From an uncultured Candidatus Rokubacteria bacterium (GTDB lineage: Bacteria > Methylomirabilota > Methylomirabilia > Rokubacteriales > DASRDR01): a stretch of DNA of 64,000 bases. The position numbers were made by a program, and so were the translations under genes. Under the pieces are notes generated by a model that was given only the letters and a program-made list of their open reading frames with translations, was not told the DNA's origin and did no database searches. Location of the stretch: positions 128,001-192,000 of the forward strand of contig CAWGVS010000012.1 in assembly GCA_963826115.1 (NCBI GenBank), read 5' to 3'. Of the stretch, positions 1 through 12,323 are shown one piece after another (the stretch's first letter is position 1; the number at the start of each line of letters is the position of its first letter).

Positions 1-2
1 TC

Positions 3-1061
3 GCCGCCGACGGGCGTGTCCTCGGGCGGGGCTTCTACAATCCCCGGCCCCAGATCGTCTGCCGGCTGATCACGCGCCACGACGAGCCCGTCGACGACGC
101 CTTCCTCCGCGGCCGGTTCGCCGCGGCGTGGGCCCTCCGGGGGACGCTCGGGTACGACGGCGACGCGACCCGCGTGGTCTTCGGCGAGGGCGACCGCCTC
201 CCGGGTCTGGTCATCGACCGCTACGGAGACGCCCTGGTCCTCCAGGCCCTGACGCGCGGCATGGCCGCGCGCGGCGCGCGGCTCGCCGAGCTCGCGGCCG
301 AGGTCACCGGCGCCCGGGCGGTGTACCGACGCGCCGACCCCACCGCCGCCGCCATCGAGGGCTTCGAGGACCGGGCGGGCTGGCTCGTGGGCGAGGGCCC
401 GGCGACGGTCGAGATCCGCGAGGGGCCCTGCCGTTTTCACGTCGACCTCGAGGCAGGCCAGAAGACCGGCTTCTACCTCGACCAGCGGGAGAACCGCGCC
501 GTCGTCGCCGCCCGGGCAACGGGGCGCGCCGTCCTCGACGCCTTCGCGTACACCGGAGCCTTCGGGGCGTGGGCGCTCCGGCAGGGCGCCGCCTCCGTGC
601 TCGCGCTCGACAGCTCGGGCGCCGCCTGCGAGCGAGCCGCGGCGCACCTCGCGGCGAACGCGCCGGCGGGCGGCGCCGCCGCGCACGAGGTCGTCGAGGC
701 CAACGCCTTCGACGGGCTCCGCGCCCTCGAGCGCGACGGCCGCCGCTTCGACCTCATCGTGCTCGACCCGCCGCCCTTCACGCGGCGGCGGGCGGCCGTC
801 GACGCGGCGCTCCGCGGCTACAAGGAGATCAACCTGCGGGCGGTCCGCTGCCTCCGCCCGGGCGGCCTTCTTGCCACCTTCTCGTGCTCCCACCACGTGA
901 GCCCGGCGCTGTTCGAGGACGTCTGCCGGACGGCGATCGAGGACGTCGGGCGCCCGGTGCGCGTCGAGGCGCGGCTCGCGCAGGCGCGCGACCACCCGGT
1001 GCTGCTGGCGGTGCCCGAGACGCGCTACCTGACGGGGCTGCTCCTGGAGGTCCTGGAGTAG
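3..1061 (+). CDS. rlmI: RlmI/RlmK-like class I SAM-dependent rRNA methyltransferase (5' truncated by window edge)
   Basis: Frame open from nt 3 (GRGFYNP); motifs EGDRLPGLVIDRY, GQKTGFYLDQRENR, VLDAFAYTGAF, FDLIVLDPPPF, TFSCSHH. Confidence 0.85.
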   Translation, partial: AADGRVLGRGFYNPRPQIVCRLITRHDEPVDDAFLRGRFAAAWALRGTLGYDGDATRVVFGEGDRLPGLVIDRYGDALVLQALTRGMAARGARLAELAAEVTGARAVYRRADPTAAAIEGFEDRAGWLVGEGPATVEIREGPCRFHVDLEAGQKTGFYLDQRENRAVVAARATGRAVLDAFAYTGAFGAWALRQGAASVLALDSSGAACERAAAHLAANAPAGGAAAHEVVEANAFDGLRALERDGRRFDLIVLDPPPFTRRRAAVDAALRGYKEINLRAVRCLRPGGLLATFSCSHHVSPALFEDVCRTAIEDVGRPVRVEARLAQARDHPVLLAVPETRYLTGLLLEVLE

Positions 1062-1074
1062 ACGGGCGCGCCGC

Positions 1075-1703
1075 TCAGGGGCCCGCCGCGCGCCGGGCCC
1101 GGACGCGGTAGACGAGAACGACCCCGGCCGCCACGAGGCCGACCACGACGATCCCGAGCGCGACCGCGTTGTAGCCCATCAGCACCTGCTTCGCCCACCC
1201 GAGATGCGTGCCGGCCAGCACGCCGAGCCCGACCACGAGCGCGTTCCACACGATGACGGACAGGCCCGCCCACCACAGCACCTTCCACGCCGAGAAGCCG
1301 GCCAGCCCGGCCGCCGGCATCACGAGCGCCCGGATCCCCGGGAAGAACCGGGACACGGCGACGGCGGCCACGCCGTAGCGGTCGAACCAGCGCTCGAGCA
1401 GCGCCAGCCGGTCCACGTTGACGAGCCGCCCGAAGCGTCCGAGGAGGAGCGCCGGGCCCCAGCGCCGCGCCACCCAGAAGATGGTCATGACGCCGACCTG
1501 GGTGCCCAGGATCGCGGCAAGCAGCACGAGCTCGTGGCCGAGCCGGCCCCGGCCGGCCAGGAACCCCGCGTAGAGCACGAGGACGTCCGTGGGCCACGGG
1601 GGAAGAAGCTCTCCAGGACGCAGCTCAGGAAGATGAGCGCGTAGATCGCGAGCGGCGGGATGCCGGGATCGAGGACGAGCTCGGCGAGACGCTCGAGATC
1701 CAC
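1075..1703 (-). CDS. DedA family membrane protein (single-base frameshift at ~1600)
   Basis: N-terminus MDLERL...LESFFP (ORF 1485..1703) continues as PWPTDVLVLYAGFLAG...SRFFPGIR...AG in the next frame; break lies in a C/G homopolymer at 1598-1602. Confidence 0.8.
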
Positions 1704-1718
1704 GGGCGCGCTGTCGCC

Positions 1719-2426
1719 CTACGCGCCCGGCTTGGCCGCGTCGCGCTCGACGGCGAAGGGGAGCGCGAGCACCCGGGGGAGCTCCCCCAGCCGATGATGG
1801 AACTCGAGCACGAGATGCCGGGCCGAATCCCGGAGGCGCAGGAAGTAGACGAAGCCCTCGAGCCGAGCCCCGGGCTGGAGCGTGCCCATGGGGAGCGCCC
1901 GGAGGTAGACGTCGGTGACCACGGGCGGACCCGGATAGTACCAGGGCCATCCCCACCAGCCGTACCGGTCCCACCACCAGTCGGAGGGCTCCGGCGCGAC
2001 GCGCCGGCGGATGACCGGCGGCGGGGAGCTGATCGCGGCGAGTCGCACGCCCTCCTCGACGCGCCAGCGGAGGATGCGCTCGACCTCGACGGGCGGGAGC
2101 GCCGTGTACTGGAAGCGTTCGTCGTCGAAGAGACGGAAGCTCGTGTAGTCGAAGTCCACCGGCGCCGCCGCGCCGTTGGAGAGGCTCACCAGGAACGGCG
2201 TGATGTAGTCCCGGAGGTCCCACGGGCTCCCGCGCCAGGCCGAGGGCTGCACGATCAGCTCGACACCCTCGGCCGCGACCCGGGCCGCCCCCTGGCTCGG
2301 GTCGACCTCGACACCCGTTGCCGGCACGGGCACGATCCGCGGCGCCGCGCACCCGGCGAGGAGCGCCAGAGCGAGCCCGGCGACGACACGGCTCCGAGGC
2401 GCGAAGGCGCCCCGCGGGCGCGTCAC
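1719..2426 (-). CDS. Hypothetical lipoprotein
   Basis: Signal peptide with lipobox LLAGC; coding-like composition; directly downstream of alaS. Confidence 0.7.
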   Translation of the reverse strand: MTRPRGAFAPRSRVVAGLALALLAGCAAPRIVPVPATGVEVDPSQGAARVAAEGVELIVQPSAWRGSPWDLRDYITPFLVSLSNGAAAPVDFDYTSFRLFDDERFQYTALPPVEVERILRWRVEEGVRLAAISSPPPVIRRRVAPEPSDWWWDRYGWWGWPWYYPGPPVVTDVYLRALPMGTLQPGARLEGFVYFLRLRDSARHLVLEFHHRLGELPRVLALPFAVERDAAKPGA

Positions 2427-2432
2427 GACCCG

Positions 2433-5120
<2,688 letters not shown>

Positions 5121-5203
5121 AGGTTCCACATGATACCATCGGCCGCCAACGGGGCTCCGGGCGACCCCGAGACGCCCGGGCCGCGGGGAGGACAGACCGT
5201 TCC

Positions 5204-6139
5204 ATGAAGAAGTGGCTGCGCCGGGCCGCCCGGCTGGCTCGTCCCTTCCGGGTCGCGGACGGCGGGCGCTTCCGCCTGTCGTCGATCGATCCCGGGGACA
5301 CGCGTGGCTTCGACTCGAAGCGGAACGCGCGAAGCCACCTCACGCGCGGCGTCGAGCTCCTGGGGGAGATGCAGGAGAAGCTCTACGCCCAGGACCGGTG
5401 GGCGCTCCTGCTGATCTTCCAGGCGATGGACGCGGCCGGCAAGGACGGCACGATCAAGCACGTCATGTCGGGCGTGAACCCCCAGGGGTGCCAGGTGTAC
5501 TCGTTCAAGGCCCCCTCCGACGAGGAGCTCGACCACGACTTCATGTGGCGCACCACCTGCCGCCTTCCCGAGCGCGGCCGGATCGGCATCTTCAACCGCT
5601 CCTACTACGAGGAGGTGCTGGTCGTCCGCGTCCATCCCGAGATCCTCGCCCGGGAGCGCCTGCCGGCCTCGCTCGTGACCCGCCGCCTCTGGCGGGAGCG
5701 CTACGAGGACATCAACGCGTTCGAGCGCTACCTCGTGCGGAACGGCACGGTCGTCCGGAAGTTCTTCCTCCACGTCTCCCGCGAGGAGCAGCGCCGGCGG
5801 TTCCTCGAGCGCCTCGACGAGCCCGAGAAGCACTGGAAGTTCTCGCTCGGCGACGTCCGCGAGCGCCGCCACTGGGCGGACTACATGGCCGCCTACGAGG
5901 ACATGATCCGCCAGACGAGCACGCCGGAGGCGCCCTGGTACGTCGTGCCCGCCGACCACAAGTGGTTCACCCGTCTGGTCGTGGGCTCGGCGATCCTCGA
6001 GGCGCTCGCCGGCCTCGACCTCGCCTTCCCGACCGTCGAGCCCGACCGCCTGAAGGAGCTCGAGGCCGCGCGGGTGACGCTCGCGAACGAGGCGCCGGAG
6101 CGCGGTCAGGCGGCCGGGCGCCGCCGCGAGTCGACGTAG
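5204..6139 (+). CDS. ppk2: Polyphosphate kinase 2 (class III-like, polyP:nucleotide phosphotransferase)
   Basis: QAMDAAGKDGTIKHV, FKAPSDEELDHD, FNRSYYEEVL, PWYVVPADHKW. Confidence 0.93.
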   Translation: MKKWLRRAARLARPFRVADGGRFRLSSIDPGDTRGFDSKRNARSHLTRGVELLGEMQEKLYAQDRWALLLIFQAMDAAGKDGTIKHVMSGVNPQGCQVYSFKAPSDEELDHDFMWRTTCRLPERGRIGIFNRSYYEEVLVVRVHPEILARERLPASLVTRRLWRERYEDINAFERYLVRNGTVVRKFFLHVSREEQRRRFLERLDEPEKHWKFSLGDVRERRHWADYMAAYEDMIRQTSTPEAPWYVVPADHKWFTRLVVGSAILEALAGLDLAFPTVEPDRLKELEAARVTLANEAPERGQAAGRRREST

Positions 6140-7404
6140 ACGTTCTCACCGCGCGTCTCCCGGAAGAAGAGGGAGGCCAGGCACGCGCAGAGGACGAGGA
6201 CCGCGGAGGCCGCGAAGCTCGCCTGGTACGCCTCGACCGGGTAGACTCGCGCGCCCGCGAGGGTCACCCCCGCCCAGTGGGCGTCGAGGATCGCGCCGAG
6301 CGGCCCCTGGGTCAGGGCGGCCCCCACGAACCCGCCGAGGTTCACCGCCGCCACCGCGATGCCGGCGAGCTCCGGCGGATTGACCTCGCGTCCAAGGGGC
6401 CACGTCAGCACGAAGGCTGCGCCCACCAGCCCCATCCCGAAGAGCAGCGCGTAGAGCCCGCCGAGCGGCAGGCGGCCGAGCGTGAGGACGAACACGGTCC
6501 AGCCGACGAAGTGGAGCGCCGTGAGAACCGTGTACGGGAGGCGCCGGCGCCGGAGCATGCGGTCCGAAACGAATCCGGTCAGCGGCCCGGCGATCAGGAG
6601 CGCCAGCGACGTGGCGGTCGCGTAGAGCGCCGCGTCCGTCATCCCGAGCCCGTAGACGTCGCGAAGACAGGGCACGATCCAGAAGATGAGGTTGTTCGTC
6701 GCGGAGTAGAGGAAGAAGAACGCGAGGAACGGCGGCCAGGTGTGTCGGTTCCCCAGCACCCGGCCGAGTCCCACGAAGACCGCGGCCCAGCCCGGCGCCG
6801 GCGCAGCCGCCGCCGGGTCGGCGACCGGTGGCCGGTCACGAACCAGGGCGACGCAGGCCATCGCGCCGGCCAGGGTGACCACCCCGACCGTGGCGAACGC
6901 GCCGCGCCATCCGAGACCCGCCGCGAGCCCGGCCATCGGCGCCGTCGCCACCAGCCCGCCGAGGACACCGATCGCCGCCGTCGTGGCGGAGAGGGTCCCG
7001 AAGTACGCCGCGGGGAACCACGCCGCCGCGATCTTGAGGGAGCCAACGAACATGACCGACGCCCCCGCGCCCACGAGGAAGCGCCCGGCGAAGAGGAGCG
7101 GGAAGCCGGACGCGAGAGCCATCATGAGCGTCCCGCCACCCATCACCAGGCCGCCCGTCGCCACCACCCACCGGGCGCCGAACCGGTCCAGCAGCACGCC
7201 GGCCGGGATCATCAGCCCCGCGTAGGAGTAGTAGTAGGTCGCGGACAGGAGCCCGATCAGGGTGCCCGTCGCGCCGAACGCCTGCATGAGCTCCTTGGCG
7301 AACACCCCGGGCGCGGCCCGGTGGAAGAACGCGAAGAGGAACAGGAACGCGGAGACGCCCCAGACGAGCCACGCGCGCGGGGGCGGGCGGCTCGCGCTCG
7401 TCAC
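6106..7404 (-). CDS. MFS transporter
   Basis: About 12 hydrophobic segments; motif A-like GVLLDRFGAR and GFVSDRMLRRR. Confidence 0.88.
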   Translation of the reverse strand: MTSASRPPPRAWLVWGVSAFLFLFAFFHRAAPGVFAKELMQAFGATGTLIGLLSATYYYSYAGLMIPAGVLLDRFGARWVVATGGLVMGGGTLMMALASGFPLLFAGRFLVGAGASVMFVGSLKIAAAWFPAAYFGTLSATTAAIGVLGGLVATAPMAGLAAGLGWRGAFATVGVVTLAGAMACVALVRDRPPVADPAAAAPAPGWAAVFVGLGRVLGNRHTWPPFLAFFFLYSATNNLIFWIVPCLRDVYGLGMTDAALYATATSLALLIAGPLTGFVSDRMLRRRRLPYTVLTALHFVGWTVFVLTLGRLPLGGLYALLFGMGLVGAAFVLTWPLGREVNPPELAGIAVAAVNLGGFVGAALTQGPLGAILDAHWAGVTLAGARVYPVEAYQASFAASAVLVLCACLASLFFRETRGENVYVDSRRRPAA

Positions 7405-7450
7405 GCGGGGCTCGCGGGGAGGCGGCGTCGGAGCCGCGGCGGCGCCGGGG

Positions 7451-7936
7451 TCAGCGCGGCCGGGCGGCCCAGCCCGCCCGGTTGTTGCGGATCTGGTTCG
7501 CGTGCACGTGGCCGTGATCGGCGTAGATCCGGAGCCACGCCTCCGTGGAATACGGGCCGCTCTCGGTGTGCGTCCCGGTGCGGCGCCAGTCGGCGTCCGT
7601 CATGGACTCGAGGAGCTGCGCCGTGGTCGTCCGGGCCGCCTCGAACGCGCGGAGGGCCGGCTCCCACGCGCGCTCCTGGTAGCGGAAGTGCCGCGCGTAC
7701 TCGGCCTCGTCGTAGCCCTGGATGGCCGGGTTGTTCTCGATCAGGAGCCGCCGGAGCCGGACGCCCGAGATCGTCTCGCTGTCGGCCAGGTGGTGGACCA
7801 CCTCGCGGGCGCTCCACTCCCCGGGGGCCGGGCGCCAGTCCCGCTCGTCGGGGCCGATGCCCGCCAGCGCCCGCACCACCTCGTCGTAGCCCGCCTTGTA
7901 CTTCGCGATCAGCTGCTGCCGTTCTGCCGGGATCAT
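7451..7936 (-). CDS. DinB/YfiT family metal-dependent protein
   Basis: WSAREVVHHLADSE, HTESG, HGHVHANQI; RBS GAGGAGG before ATG 7936. Confidence 0.85.
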   Translation of the reverse strand: MIPAERQQLIAKYKAGYDEVVRALAGIGPDERDWRPAPGEWSAREVVHHLADSETISGVRLRRLLIENNPAIQGYDEAEYARHFRYQERAWEPALRAFEAARTTTAQLLESMTDADWRRTGTHTESGPYSTEAWLRIYADHGHVHANQIRNNRAGWAARPR

Positions 7937-8039
7937 GTAGCGCCTCCTCGATCGATGGGAACGTGGCGCTCCCGTTGTCTCGCACTCGTCCGGCGCCGTC
8001 AACGGGGTGGTCGGGAGGTCGCCGGACCGGCGGTCGCCG

Positions 8040-8573
8040 CTAGAGCTCGGTCGCCTCGTCGAGGCCGCTGTCGCGGCAAAGCGTCCGGAGCACCTGGCGG
8101 ACGACGTCGCCCGGATACCCGCGGCGCCGAAGGTAGTCGTGGAGCCGCTGCGCGGCCCGATCGGGGGCGCGGCGCCGGAGGATCGCGAGGCGCCGGGCCG
8201 CGGCGACCTGGGCCCGCGCCAGCTCGCTCGTGTCCTCGAACGCGTGGGCCAGGGCCGCCTCCACGAGCGGCCGGGCGACGCCGCGGGCGCGGAGCTCGTC
8301 CCGGAGTCGCTGGCGACCGAACGACCGCCCGCGCGCCCGGGACTCGGCCCAGGTGGCGGCGAACGCGCGGTCGTCCACGTAGCCACGCGCCTCGAGGTCG
8401 GCCACCACCGCCTCGGCCACGTCCGGAGGCGCCCCTCGCCGGCGAAGGCGAGCGGCGAGATCGCGTCGCGTCCAGGCTTTGCGGGCGAGCAGATCGAGAG
8501 CGACGGTCCGGGCCCGGCGGGCGTCGAGCGCCGGCCGGGCCTCCCCGCGTCTGGTTCCGCGAGATGCAGTCAC
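8040..8573 (-). CDS. recX: Regulatory protein RecX (start uncertain)
   Basis: [41 protein letters not shown]; directly downstream of recA. Confidence 0.9.
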   Translation of the reverse strand: MTASRGTRRGEARPALDARRARTVALDLLARKAWTRRDLAARLRRRGAPPDVAEAVVADLEARGYVDDRAFAATWAESRARGRSFGRQRLRDELRARGVARPLVEAALAHAFEDTSELARAQVAAARRLAILRRRAPDRAAQRLHDYLRRRGYPGDVVRQVLRTLCRDSGLDEATEL

Positions 8574-8605
8574 GGGCGCTCGGCCGTGACCGCCGGATCC
8601 GGTCG

Positions 8606-9655
8606 TCAGGCCCCGTTCGCGACGGGCTTGAGGCCGACGGCGTGGCGGACCGCAGTCTCCATCTCGGCCAGCATCTTCGGGTTGTCCTTGAGGAACTTCC
8701 GGGCGTTGTCCCGGCCCTGCCCGATGCGCTGGTCGCGATACGAGAACCACGTGCCGCTCTTCTCGACGAGCCCCTGCACCACCGCGAGGTCGAGCACGTT
8801 GGCCTCGCGGGAGATCCCCTCGCCGTACATCACGTCGAACTCGGCCTCGCGGAAGGGCGACGCGAGCTTGTTCTTCACCACTTTGACCTTCGTGTGGACG
8901 CCGACCGATTCCGTCCCCTGCTTGAGGGCGTCCATCCGCCGGATGTCCAGGCGAATCGAGGCGTAGAACTTGAGCGCGCGGCCCCCCGACGTCGTCTCGG
9001 GGCTGCCGAACATGACGCCGATCTTCTCGCGGATCTGATTGATGAAGATCACGGCGGTGCCGGAGCGCGCGATCGCGGCGGTGAGCTTCCGGAGGGCCTG
9101 CGACATGAGCCGCGCCTGGAGCCCCGGCAGCGACTCGCCCATCTCGCCCTCGAGCTCGGCCTTCGGCACGAGCGCCGCGACGGAGTCGATCACGATGACG
9201 TCGATCGCGCCCGAGCGGACCAGGTGCTCGGTGATCTCGAGCGCCTGCTCGCCCGTGTCGGGCTGCGAGATCAGGAGCTCGTCGATGTTCACGCCGAGCC
9301 GCTTGGCGTAGATGGCGTCGAGCGCGTGCTCGGCGTCGACGAACGCCGCGTAGCCGCCCGCGCGCTGGGCCTCGGCGATGACGTGGAGCGCGAGGGTGGT
9401 CTTGCCCGAGGACTCCGGCCCGTAGATCTCCGTCACCCGTCCTCGGGGAATCCCCCCGATGCCGAGCGCCACGTCGATGGTGAGCGCGCCGGTCGGGATG
9501 ACCGCCGTCTCCTCGAGCGCGCCCGAGGCGCCGAGCTTCATCACGGCGCCCTTGCCGAACTGGCGCTCGATCTGGGAGAGCGCCAGCTCGAGGGCCTGCC
9601 GCCGGTCCTTGTCTGCCTTCGATTCGGACTTCGACTCCGCCTTGGATTCCGCCAT
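8606..9655 (-). CDS. recA: Recombinase RecA (alternative in-frame start at 9721)
   Basis: [41 protein letters not shown]; RBS GGAGGG upstream of 9655. Confidence 0.99.
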   Translation of the reverse strand: MAESKAESKSESKADKDRRQALELALSQIERQFGKGAVMKLGASGALEETAVIPTGALTIDVALGIGGIPRGRVTEIYGPESSGKTTLALHVIAEAQRAGGYAAFVDAEHALDAIYAKRLGVNIDELLISQPDTGEQALEITEHLVRSGAIDVIVIDSVAALVPKAELEGEMGESLPGLQARLMSQALRKLTAAIARSGTAVIFINQIREKIGVMFGSPETTSGGRALKFYASIRLDIRRMDALKQGTESVGVHTKVKVVKNKLASPFREAEFDVMYGEGISREANVLDLAVVQGLVEKSGTWFSYRDQRIGQGRDNARKFLKDNPKMLAEMETAVRHAVGLKPVANGA

Positions 9656-9730
9656 CACGTCCCTCCGTTCGTCCCCGCGCGACCTGCGGGCCGCCGGGCT
9701 TGGTCGCGAGTCCTGCTCCATGTCGGCGCC

Positions 9731-9759
9731 ATTCTAGGAGGGCCCCACCGACATGTCAA
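9731..9759 (-). promoter_or_regulatory. Sigma70 promoter of recA
   Basis: Minus strand TTGACA (9759-9754)-N17-TAGAAT (9736-9731). Confidence 0.8.
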
Positions 9760-9780
9760 CAGAAGATGAGTACGCTACCG

Positions 9781-10380
9781 CTAGGGGTCACTGACTACTC
9801 CTCCCCCGACGGCTCGCGGAGTGGGGCCGCGGCGAGCACACTGTGGCGCGCACCTCCCGCGTCCGAGCTCCGACCGCATCAGGTGGAGCGCCGTCACATG
9901 CGTCTCGCCGAACGCCGGACCGGATCCGAGGACGCCGGCGAGCCCGCGCGCCTCGCGGGGGTCCCGGGCCCGGGCGAGCGTGACGTGGGGATGGAACGGC
10001 CGGGGCTCCGCCGGCAGACCCCGCGCGACCAGCCCGGCCTCCAGGGCGGCCTGGAGCGCCACCAGTCCGTCCGCCCCCGTGCCGACGCCCGCCCACAGGA
10101 CGCGGGGCGCCGCGCCCGAGGGGAAGCCGCCGAGCCCGCCGAGGGTCACGGTGAACGGCGGCACGGCCATCGCCGCGGCCGTCACCGCCTCGCGGACCCG
10201 CTCGAGCGTCACGGGCTCCACCTCCCCCAGAAACCGGAGCGTCAGATGCAAATTGTCCGGACGCACCCACGCGAGCCCGCGCGTCTGCCCCCGGAGCTCG
10301 TCGCATACCGCCGCGAGGCCCGCGCGCACGCGATCCGGCAGCAGCACCGCGACGAAGCAGCGCATCGTCTGGCCGCTCAC
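9781..10380 (-). CDS. thpR: RNA 2',3'-cyclic phosphodiesterase (2H family); C-terminus probably frameshifted near 9855
   Basis: Two HxT motifs (NLHLTLRFLG, FHPHVTLAR); located between cinA and recA. Confidence 0.9.
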   Translation of the reverse strand: MSGQTMRCFVAVLLPDRVRAGLAAVCDELRGQTRGLAWVRPDNLHLTLRFLGEVEPVTLERVREAVTAAAMAVPPFTVTLGGLGGFPSGAAPRVLWAGVGTGADGLVALQAALEAGLVARGLPAEPRPFHPHVTLARARDPREARGLAGVLGSGPAFGETHVTALHLMRSELGRGRCAPQCARRGPTPRAVGGGVVSDP

Positions 10381-10585
10381 CGTGCCCCGCTCGCCGCCGC
10401 GCGGCGTGGGCCCCGACGCCCATCATCGGAGCAACGTGGGTGCCAGGCCTCGGCCGACGGCCTCGCGATTCGATTCGCGCCGGCCGGCGCTCCGAACGAG
10501 CCCGCGAGCCCGAATCGCTCCGACCCCGGGCCGAGCACGCAGGCATACGGGGTGACGCCGCCAAGAGACATCGGCCGGCGCGCGC

Positions 10586-11818
10586 TCAGCCCGCCTCGAG
10601 GCAGCGACGGCGGAGGAGGTCGAGGGCCCGCACCGCGGAGAGCGCCTTGTTTCCCTCCCGGTCGCGGTCGAAGCGATGGCGCTCGACGACGGCCCCATCC
10701 CGATCCGCGAGCCCGATGAACACGGTCCCGACCGGCTTGGTCGGCGTGCCGCCGTCGGGCCCGGCGATCCCCGTCACGGAGACGCCGACGTCGGTGCCGG
10801 CGCGCTCGCGTGCCCCGCGCGCCATCGCCTCGGCGCACGCCGCGGACACCGCCCCGTGCTCCTTCAGCACGGAAGCCGGCACGCCGAGGAGGGCCTGCTT
10901 CGCCTCGTTGGAATAGACGACGAACCCCCGCTCGAAGTAGGCGGAGCTGCCCGGCACCTGCGTCAGGCGGTGTCCCACGAGCCCGCCGGTGCAGGACTCG
11001 GCGAGCGAGACGGTGAGGCCGCGGGCGCGGAGCAGCCGGCCCACCACGCTCTCGAGCGTCTCGTCGTCGATGCCGTACCACGCGGCGCCGAAGGCCCCGC
11101 GGAGCGCCGGCTCGACAAGGGCGAACGCCGCGTCGGCGGCGCCCGGCGACTCCGCTCGGATGCGGAGTCGCACCCGGCATTCCTCGCCCTCGTCGACGAC
11201 CTGACCGCTGACGCCCGTCGCGCCGCGAAGCGCCGACTGGAGCTCGGCCTCCACGGTCCCGGCGTCGAGTCCCACGAGGCGCAGCGTGCGGACGAGCGCG
11301 ACCGGGCCGGCGCCCGACCCCGCGAGGCGCGGCAGGAGATGCGCACGGGCCAGCGACACGGCGGCCGCCGGACCCGCGGGCGCGACGAGCACGACGGCGC
11401 TGCCGAGCTCCGCCAAGAGGCCCGGCTCGCCGGCCTCGACGGGCGTCACGACCGTCGCGCCCTGGGGCACGAGCGCCAGCTGCTCGGCCCGCCCGGGCAC
11501 CGCCTGTCCGCGCGCCGCGTAGGCGCCGGTGAGAGCCTCCAGCGCGCGGCTGCTCAGGACCAGCCGGCTGCCGAGACAGCGCGCGAGGGCCTGCCGGAGA
11601 GTGCCCGCGGCCTCGCCGTCGCCCACCGCCACGACGGCGCCACCTTCTGCCGCCGCCTCGCGGAGCGCCCGCTCGACCGGCTCCTCCTCGGCGGCGACGA
11701 TCCGCCGGGCCCGTACCGGATAGCCGGCGCGCTCCAGGACGCGGCCGACCGCCAGCGCCGCGTCGGCGCCCGCTCCCGCGGGATCGGCCGACACGGTCAC
11801 CAGCTCGACGGTCAGCAC
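10586..11818 (-). CDS. cinA: CinA-like protein with C-terminal NMN amidohydrolase (PncC) domain
   Basis: SLAESCTGGLVG, GSSAYF, GAVSAACAEAMA, SVTGIAGPDGGTPTKPVGTV. Confidence 0.9.
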   Translation of the reverse strand: MLTVELVTVSADPAGAGADAALAVGRVLERAGYPVRARRIVAAEEEPVERALREAAAEGGAVVAVGDGEAAGTLRQALARCLGSRLVLSSRALEALTGAYAARGQAVPGRAEQLALVPQGATVVTPVEAGEPGLLAELGSAVVLVAPAGPAAAVSLARAHLLPRLAGSGAGPVALVRTLRLVGLDAGTVEAELQSALRGATGVSGQVVDEGEECRVRLRIRAESPGAADAAFALVEPALRGAFGAAWYGIDDETLESVVGRLLRARGLTVSLAESCTGGLVGHRLTQVPGSSAYFERGFVVYSNEAKQALLGVPASVLKEHGAVSAACAEAMARGARERAGTDVGVSVTGIAGPDGGTPTKPVGTVFIGLADRDGAVVERHRFDRDREGNKALSAVRALDLLRRRCLEAG

Positions 11819-11822
11819 GGGG

Positions 11823-12323
11823 TCAGACGAGGTGGCGCAGCCGGTCGAGGGCCTGACCGAGGAGGCTCACGTACACGCCGGCGAGGATGTCGTCCGCCAC
11901 GATGCCGAAGCCTCCCGGCAGCGACTGGAGCCGGTTGATCCCGAGCGGCTTCACGACGTCGAAGACCCGGAAGGCGAGGAAGAGCCCGAGGACCCACGGC
12001 AGGGACCGCGGATTGCCCGCGCACGCGATCAGCATCCCGACGACCTCGTCGATGACGATCGCCGACGGGTCCGTCTCCCCGAGCCGCGCCTCCTCCCGCC
12101 CGGACGCCCAGATCCCGATCGCCGACAGGGCCACGGTCACGACGAGGATGGTCGCGTCCGTGGGGCGGAGCCACCAGACGGCGAGGGCGACCGGGAGGCT
12201 CGCGGCGGTGCCGGGCGCGACGGGCGCGTAGCCCAGCCCCCCGGCGGTCGCGATCCAGCGGGCGAGCGTCGAGCCGGGGCCCGGCGCGGCCGGCGGCTCA
12301 GCGGCGCGCGGCGGTCCCGACAA
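11823..12323 (-). CDS. pgpA: Phosphatidylglycerophosphatase A
   Basis: GLGYAPVAPGT, DPSAIVIDEVVG, FRVFDVVKP, GFGIVADDILAG. Confidence 0.93.
   Translation of the reverse strand: MSGPPRAAEPPAAPGPGSTLARWIATAGGLGYAPVAPGTAASLPVALAVWWLRPTDATILVVTVALSAIGIWASGREEARLGETDPSAIVIDEVVGMLIACAGNPRSLPWVLGLFLAFRVFDVVKPLGINRLQSLPGGFGIVADDILAGVYVSLLGQALDRLRHLV

Noticed and set aside
9610-9655. Short AESK/SESK repeats at the RecA N-terminus
   Set aside because: Low-complexity tail of three degenerate units; not an array.
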